Part shown: positions 57,101 through 64,000 of the stretch, piece after piece | Numbering within the stretch: the stretch's first letter is position 1 | Layout: each line of letters starts with the position of its first letter | Assembly: GCF_009914755.1 (NCBI RefSeq) | Contig: NC_060933.1 | DNA length: 64,000 nucleotides | Direction: 5' to 3' (one strand) | DNA from: the human T2T-CHM13v2.0 reference genome, Homo sapiens | The notes under the pieces: generated by a model | Database searches by the model: none | What the model was told of the DNA's origin: nothing | Seen by the model: only the letters and a program-made list of their open reading frames with translations | Position numbers and translations under genes: made by a program

Positions 57101-60100
57101 ACGGGTTCATTCCATTCCATTCCATTCCATTCCATTCCATTTCATTCCATTCCATTTCATTCCATTCCATTCTATTCCGTACCATTCCATTCCATCCCAT
57201 TCCATTCCGTTCCATTCCATGCCATTACACTCGGGTTGATTCCATTCCTTTCCATTCCATTCTTGTTGATTCCATTCCATTCCATTCCATTCCATTTCAT
57301 TCCATTCCATTCCATTACATTCGGATTGATTCTATTCAATTCCCTTACACTCCATTACATTCCATTCCATTCGGGATGTTTCCATTCCATTCCATTCCAT
57401 TCCACTCCATTCCATTGCATCAGGTTGATTGCATTCCATTCCATTCCATTCCATTCCGGATGATTCCATTCCATTGCATTCCATTCCATTCCATTCCCCT
57501 GCACTCGGGTTGATTCCATTCCATTCCATTCCATTCCATTCCATTCCATTCCATTCCGTTCCATTCCATTCCATTCCATTCTATTCCGGTTGATTCCATT
57601 CCATTCCTTTCGATTCCATTCCATTCCATTCCATTCCATTGCAATCGAGTTGATTCCATTCCATTCCATTTCATTCCGTTCCGGATGATTCCATTCCATT
57701 CCATTCCATTCCATTCCATTCCCCTGCAGTCGGGTTGATTCCATTCCATTCCATTCCTTTCCATTCCATTCCATTCCATTCCGTTCCATTCCATTCCATG
57801 CTATTCTATTCGGGTTAATTCCATTCCATTCCATTCCATTCCATTCCATTCCAATCGAGTTGATTGCATTCCATTCCATTCCATTCCATTCCACTCCATT
57901 CCAGTCCTTTCCATTACTTTACACTCGGGTTGATTCCATTCTATTCCTTTCCATTCCATTCCATTCCATTGCAATCGAGTTGATTCCATTGCTTTGCATT
58001 CCATTCCATTCCATTCCTTTCCGGATGCTTCCATTCCATTGCATTCCATTCCTTTCCATTCCCCAGCACTCGGGTTGATTCCATTCCATTCCACTCCATT
58101 CCGTTCCATTCCATTCCATTCCATTTTATTCGGGTTAATTCCATTCCATTCCATTCCATTCCATTCTGTTCCATTCCATTACAATCGAGTTGATTCCATT
58201 CCATTCAATTCCATTCCATTCCATTCCATTCCAGTCCTTTCCATTCCATTCCACTCGGGTTGATTCCATTCTATTAGTTTCCATTCCATTCCATTCCCTT
58301 CCATTCCACTCTGGTTGATTCCATTCCTTTCCATTCCACTCGAATACATTCCCTCCTATTCCACTCGGAACGATTCCATTCCATTCCATTCCATTCCATT
58401 CCATTCCATTTCGTTCCATTCCATTCTATTCCGTATCATTCCATTCCATTCCATTCCATTCCATTCCATTCCATTCCATTCCATTCCATTGTACTCGGGT
58501 TGATTCCATTCCATTGCATTCCATTCCATTCCATTCCATTCCATTCCATTCCGTTGCATTCCATTCCATTACTTTCGGATTGATTCTATTCAACTCCCTT
58601 ACTCTCCATTACATTCCATTCCATTCGGGTTGTTCCATTCCATTCCATTCCATTCCACTCCATTCCATTGCACTCGGGTTGATTCCATTCCATTCCATTC
58701 CATTCCATTCCATTCCATTCCGGATGATTCCATTCCATTGCATTCCGTTCCATTACATTCCCCTACACTCGCGTTGATTCCATTCCATTCCATTCCATTC
58801 CATTCAATTCCATTGCATTACAATTCGTTCCATTCCATTCTATTCCGTACCATTCCATTCCATTCCATACCATTCCATTCCATTCCATTCCGTTCCATTC
58901 CGTTCCATTCCATTCCATTCCATTCTATTCGAATTAATTCCATTCCATTCCATTCCATTCCATTCTATTCCATTCCATTGCAATCGAGTTGAACCCATTG
59001 CATTCCATTCCATTCCATTCCATTCCATTCCATTCCGGAAGATTCCATTCCATTTCATTCCATTCCATTCCATTCTCCTGCACTCGCGTTGATTCCATTC
59101 CATTCCATTCCATTCCATTCCATTCCATTCCGTTCCGTTCCATTCCATTCCATTCCATTCCATTACGTTCCGTTCCGTTCCATTCCATTCCATTCCATTC
59201 TATTCGAGTTAATTCCATTCCATTCCATTCGATTGCAATCGAGTTGATTCCATTCCATTCCATTCCATTCCATTCCATTCCATTCCATTTCATTCCGGAA
59301 GATTCCATTCCATTGCATTCCATTCCATTCCATTCCCCTGCACTCGCGTTGATTCCATTCCATTCCATTCCATTCCATTCCATTCCATTCCATTCCATTC
59401 CATTCCATTACAATCGAGTTGATTCCATTCCATTCCATTCCATTCCATTCCATTCCATTCCAGTCCTTTCCATTCCATTCCACTCGGGTTGATTCCATTC
59501 TATTAGTTTCCATTCCATTCCATTCCCTTTCATTCCACTCTGGTTGATTCCATTCCTTTCCATTCCACTCGAATACATTCCCTCCTATTCCACTCGGAAC
59601 GATTCCTTTCCATTCCATTCCATTTCATTCCAATCCATTCCATTCCATTCCAGTTCGTTCCATTCCGTTCTATTCGGTACCATTCCATTCCATTCCATTC
59701 CTTTCCATTCCATTCCTTTCCACTCGTGTTGATTCCATTCCTTTCCATTCCATTCGGTTTGAAGGCATTCCATTCCATTCAATTCCATTCCATTCCATTC
59801 CATTCCCTTCCATTCTATTCCATTGCATTGCAATCGAGTTGAATCCATTGCCTTTCATTCCATTCCATTCCATTCCATTCCATTACGGAAGATTCCATTC
59901 CATTACATTCCATTCCATTGCATTCCCCTGCACTCGCGTTGATTCCATTCCATTCCATTCCATTCCATTCTATTCGGGTTAATTCCATTCCATTCCATTC
60001 CATTCCATTCCATTCCAATCGAGTTGATTCCATTCCATTCCATTCCACTCCATTCCAGTCCTTTCCATTCCATTCCACTCGGGTTGATTCCAATGTATTC

Positions 60101-63100
60101 CTTTCCATTCCATTCCATTCCATTGCAATCGAGTTGATTCCATTGCTTTGCATTCCATTCCATTCCATTCCATTCCGGATGATTCCATTCCATTGCATTC
60201 CATTCCATTCCATTCCCCTGCACTCGGGTTGATTCCATTCCATTCCACTCCATTCCGTTCCATTCCATTCCATTCCATTGTATTCAGGTTAATTCCATTC
60301 CATTCCATTCCATTCCATTCCATTCCATTACAATCGAGTTGATTCCATTCCATTCCATTCCATTCCATTCCATTCCAGTCCTTTCCATTCCATTCCACTC
60401 GGGTTGATTCCATTCTATTAGTTTCCATTCCATTCCATTCCCTTCCATTCCACTCTGGTTGATTCCATTCCTTTCCATTCCATTTAATTCCATTCCATTC
60501 CATTCCATTCCATTCCAATCCGTTCCATTCCATTCCATTCTATTCCACTGCAATCGACTTGATTCCATTCCATTCCATTCTATTCCATTCCATTCCATTC
60601 CATTCCATTCCATTCCATTCCATTTTGTTCCAATCCATTCTATTCCGAACCATTCCATTCCATTCCATTCCATTCCATTGCATTCCATTCCATGCCATTC
60701 CACTCGGGTTGATTCCATTCCATTCCATTCCATTCCATTCCATTCCATTCCGTTCCATTCCATTTCATTACATTCATTTTGATTCTATTCAATTCCCTTA
60801 CACTCCATTATATTCCAATCCATTCTGGTTGTTTCCATTCCATTCCATTCCATTTCACTCCATTCCATTGCACTCGGTTTGATTCCATTCCATTCCATTC
60901 CATTCCGGATGATTCCATTCCATTGCATTCCATTCCATTCCATTCCCCTGCACTCAGGTTGATTCCATTCCATTCCATTCCACTCCATTCGGTTCCATTC
61001 CATTCCATTCTATTGCATTCCATTCTATTCGGGTTAATTCCATTCCATTCTATTCCATTCCATTCCATTCCATTCCATTGCAATGGAGTTGATTCCATTC
61101 CATTCCATTCCATTCCGGATGATTCCATTCCATTGCATTGCATTCCATTCCATTCCCCTGCACTCGTGTTGATTCCATTACCTTCTATTCCATTCCATTC
61201 CGTTCCATTCCATTGCATTCCATTCTATTCCGGTTAATTCCATTCCATTCCATTCCATTCCATTCCATTCCATTCCATTCCATTGCAATCGAGTTGATTC
61301 CATTCCATTCCTTTCCATTCCATTCCATTGCCTTGCATTCCAATCGGGTTGTTTCCATTCCCTTCTTTCCACTCCATTACATTCCCTTCCATTCCACTCG
61401 GAATGATTGATTATATTCCATTCCATTCCATTTCATTCCATTGCAATCCATTCCAATCCATTCCATTCCATTCCATTCCACTCGAGTTGATTTCATTCCA
61501 TTCCTTTCCATTCCATTCCGTTCCTTTCCATTCGAGTTGATTCCATTCCATTCCATTCCATTGCATTCCATTCCATGCCATTCCACTCGGGTTGATTCCA
61601 TTCCTTTGCATTCCATTCCATTCCATTCCATTCCATTCCATTCCATTCCGTTGCATTCCATTCCATTACATTCCGATTGATTCTATTCAACTCCCTTACT
61701 CTCCATTACATTCCATTCCATTCGGGTTGTTCCATTCCATTCCATTCCATTCCACTCCATTCCATTGCACTCGGGTTGATTCCATTCCATTCCATTCCAT
61801 TCCATTCCATTCCATTCCGGATGATTCCATTCCATTGCATTCCGTTCCATTACATTCCCCTGCACTCGCGTTGATTCCATTCCATTCCATTCCATTCCAT
61901 TCAATTCCATTCCATTACAATTCGTTCCATTCCATTCTATTCCCTACCATTCCATTCCATTCCATACCATTCCATTCCATTCCATTCCATTCCATTCCAT
62001 TCCGTTCCATTCCGTTCCATTCCATTCCATTCCATTCTATTCGGGTTAATTCCATTCCATTCCATTCCATTCCATTCTATTCCATTCCATTGCAATCGAG
62101 TTGAATCCATTGCATTTCATTCCATTCCATTCCATTCCATTCCAGAAGATTCCATTCCATTGCATTCCATTCCATTCCATTCCCCTGCACTCGCGTTGAT
62201 TCCATTCCGTTCCATTCCATTCCATTCCATTCCATTCCATTCCATTCCGTTCCTTTCCGTTCCGTTCCATTCCATTCCATTCCATTCCATTCCGTTCCGT
62301 TCCATTCCATTCCATTCCATTCTATTCGGGTTAATTCCATTCCATTCCATTCGATTGCAATCGTGTTGATTCCATTCCATTCCATTCCATTCCATTCCAT
62401 TCCATTCCATTCCTTTCCATTCCATTACGGATGATTCCATTCCATTGCATTCCATTCCATTCCATTCCCCTGTACTCGGGTTGATTCCATTCCATTGCAT
62501 TCCAATCCATGCCCTTCCACTCGTGTTGATTCCATTCTTTCCATTCCATTCAAGTTGAATCCATTCCATTGCATTCCATTCTATTCGATTCCATTCCATT
62601 CCATTCCGTTTCATTCCATTCCATTACATTCGGATTGATTCTATTCAATTCCCTTACACTCCATTACATTCCATTCCATTCGGGTAGTTTCCATTCCATT
62701 CCATTCCATTCCTCTCCATTCCATTGCACTCGGGTTGATTCCATTCCATTGCATTCCATTCCATTCCATTCAATTCCATTCCGTTCCATTCCATTCCATT
62801 ACATTCTAATTGATTCTATTCATCTCCCTTAGTCTCCATTACATTCCATTCCATTCGGGTTGTTCCATTCCATTCCATTCCATTCCACTCCATTCCATTG
62901 CACTCGGGTTGATTCCATTCCATTCCATTCCATTCCATTCCATTCCATTCCATTCCGGAAGATTCCATTCCATTGCATTCCATTCCATTCCATTTCCCTG
63001 CACTCGCGTTGATTCCATTCCATTCCATTCCATTCCATTCCATTCCATTCCACTCCATTCCATTGCACTCGGGTTGATTCCATTCCATTCCATTCCATTC

Positions 63101-64000
63101 CATTCCATTCCGGATGATTCCATTCCATTGCATTCCGTTCCATTACATTCCCCTGCACTCGCGTTGATTCCATTCAATTCCATTCCATTCCATTCAATTC
63201 CATTCCATTACAATTCGTTCCATTCCATTCTATTCCGTACCATTCCATTCCATACCATTCCATTTCATTCCATTCCATTCCATTCCATTCCATTCCATTC
63301 CGTTCCACTCCGTTCCATTCCATTCCATTGCATTCTATTCGGGTTAATCCCATTCCATTCCATTCCATTCCATTCTATTCCATTCCATTGCAATCGAGTT
63401 GAATCCATTGCATTTCATTCCATTCCATTCCATTCCATTCCGGAAGATTCCATTCCATTGCATTCCAATCCATGCCATTCCCCTGCACTCGCGTTGATTC
63501 CATTCCATTCCATTCCATTCCATTCCATTCCATTCCATTCCATTCCATTCCTTTCTGTTCCGTTCCATTCCATTCCATTACATTCCATTCCATTCCATTC
63601 CATTCCGTTTCATTCCATTCCATTCCATTCTATTTGGGTTAATTCCATTCCATTCCATTCGATTGCAATCGTGTTGATTCCATTCCATTCCATTCCATTC
63701 CATTCCTTTCCATTCCATTACGGATGATTCCATTCCATTGCATTCCATTCCATTCCATTCCCCTGTACTCGGGTTGATTCCATTCCATTCCATTCCAATC
63801 CATGCCCTTCCACTCGTGTTGATTCCATTCTTTCCATTCCATTCAAGTTGAATCCATTCCATTGTATTCCTTTCCATTCGATTCCATTCGACTGCACTCG
63901 GGTTGATTCCATTCCATTGCATTCCATTCCATTCCATTCCATTCCATTCCATTCCATTCCGTTCCATTCCATTCCATTACATTCGGATTGATTCTATTCA
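54091..64000 (-). repeat. HSat3 array in inverted orientation (ATTCC on +)
   Basis: From ~54,096 onward the + strand reads (CATTC)n with ACTCGGGTTG, ATCGAGTTG, ATTCGGGTTA and CCGGATG, the exact reverse complements of the left-arm modules. Confidence 0.97.
60980..63010 (-). repeat. Inverted paralog of left-arm blocks ~28,060-29,550 and ~42,240-43,230
   Basis: Collinear module order plus rare shared markers: GAGACTAAGGGAGATG (28,233 / rc 62,821), CAATCGGAAT (29,425 / rc 61,670), and (C)AATCATTCCGAG...GAAAGAAGGG...GCAAGGC (42,810 / rc 61,330-61,409). Confidence 0.75.

Noticed and set aside
1-64000. Hundreds of overlapping ORFs (MEWNG-rich and HSIPF-rich) in the supplied track
   Set aside because: A 5-bp repeat with ATG and no stop codon is open in all frames. 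The ORFs overlap on both strands, have no domain-like content, and simply mirror the satellite.
44000-64000. Perfect fold-back palindrome (breakage-fusion-bridge or chimeric-read mirror) centred on 54,092
   Set aside because: Exact symmetry lasts only 12 bp per side. Module order and variants differ between the arms, and paralogous blocks lie at asymmetric distances.
1-64000. Telomeric repeat, HSat2, alpha satellite/CENP-B box or canonical G-quadruplex motifs
   Set aside because: There is no TTAGGG array, no 171-bp alphoid monomer and no CATTCGATTC-dominated HSat2 pattern. G-runs of three or more are isolated rather than clustered in fours.

Overview
The whole 64 kb window is primate (most likely human) classical satellite III (HSat3). 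It is a (GGAAT)n pentamer array interrupted every ~50-100 bp by diverged, CpG-containing modules such as CAACCCGAGT, CAACGCGAGT, CAACTCGATT, TAACCCGAAT and CATCCGG/CTTCCGG. I found no unique sequence, genes, RNA genes, transposons or CRISPR arrays. All listed ORFs are translation artefacts of the pentamer (poly-MEWNG on one strand, poly-HSIPF on the other). The real structure is as follows. (1) One strand switch at 54,091-54,095: GGAAT is on + to the left and on - to the right, joined through a 5-bp CGAGT microhomology that creates a 28-bp one-mismatch palindrome. (2) Nested recent duplications with periods or offsets of ~3.03, 7.02, 2.36/1.86, 2.05-2.10, 3.43, 7.52, 2.82 and 1.98 kb. (3) kb-scale inverted paralogs across the switch. 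(4) About 43 perfect three-unit heat-shock elements (GAAnnTTCnnGAA, hand count) in one recurring module, plus recurring short palindromes. I did not find a new protein-coding system. The most interesting candidates are the inversion junction (mechanism and dsRNA/hairpin potential) and the HSE lattice. All coordinates, counts and alignments were done by eye, and block boundaries are approximate.
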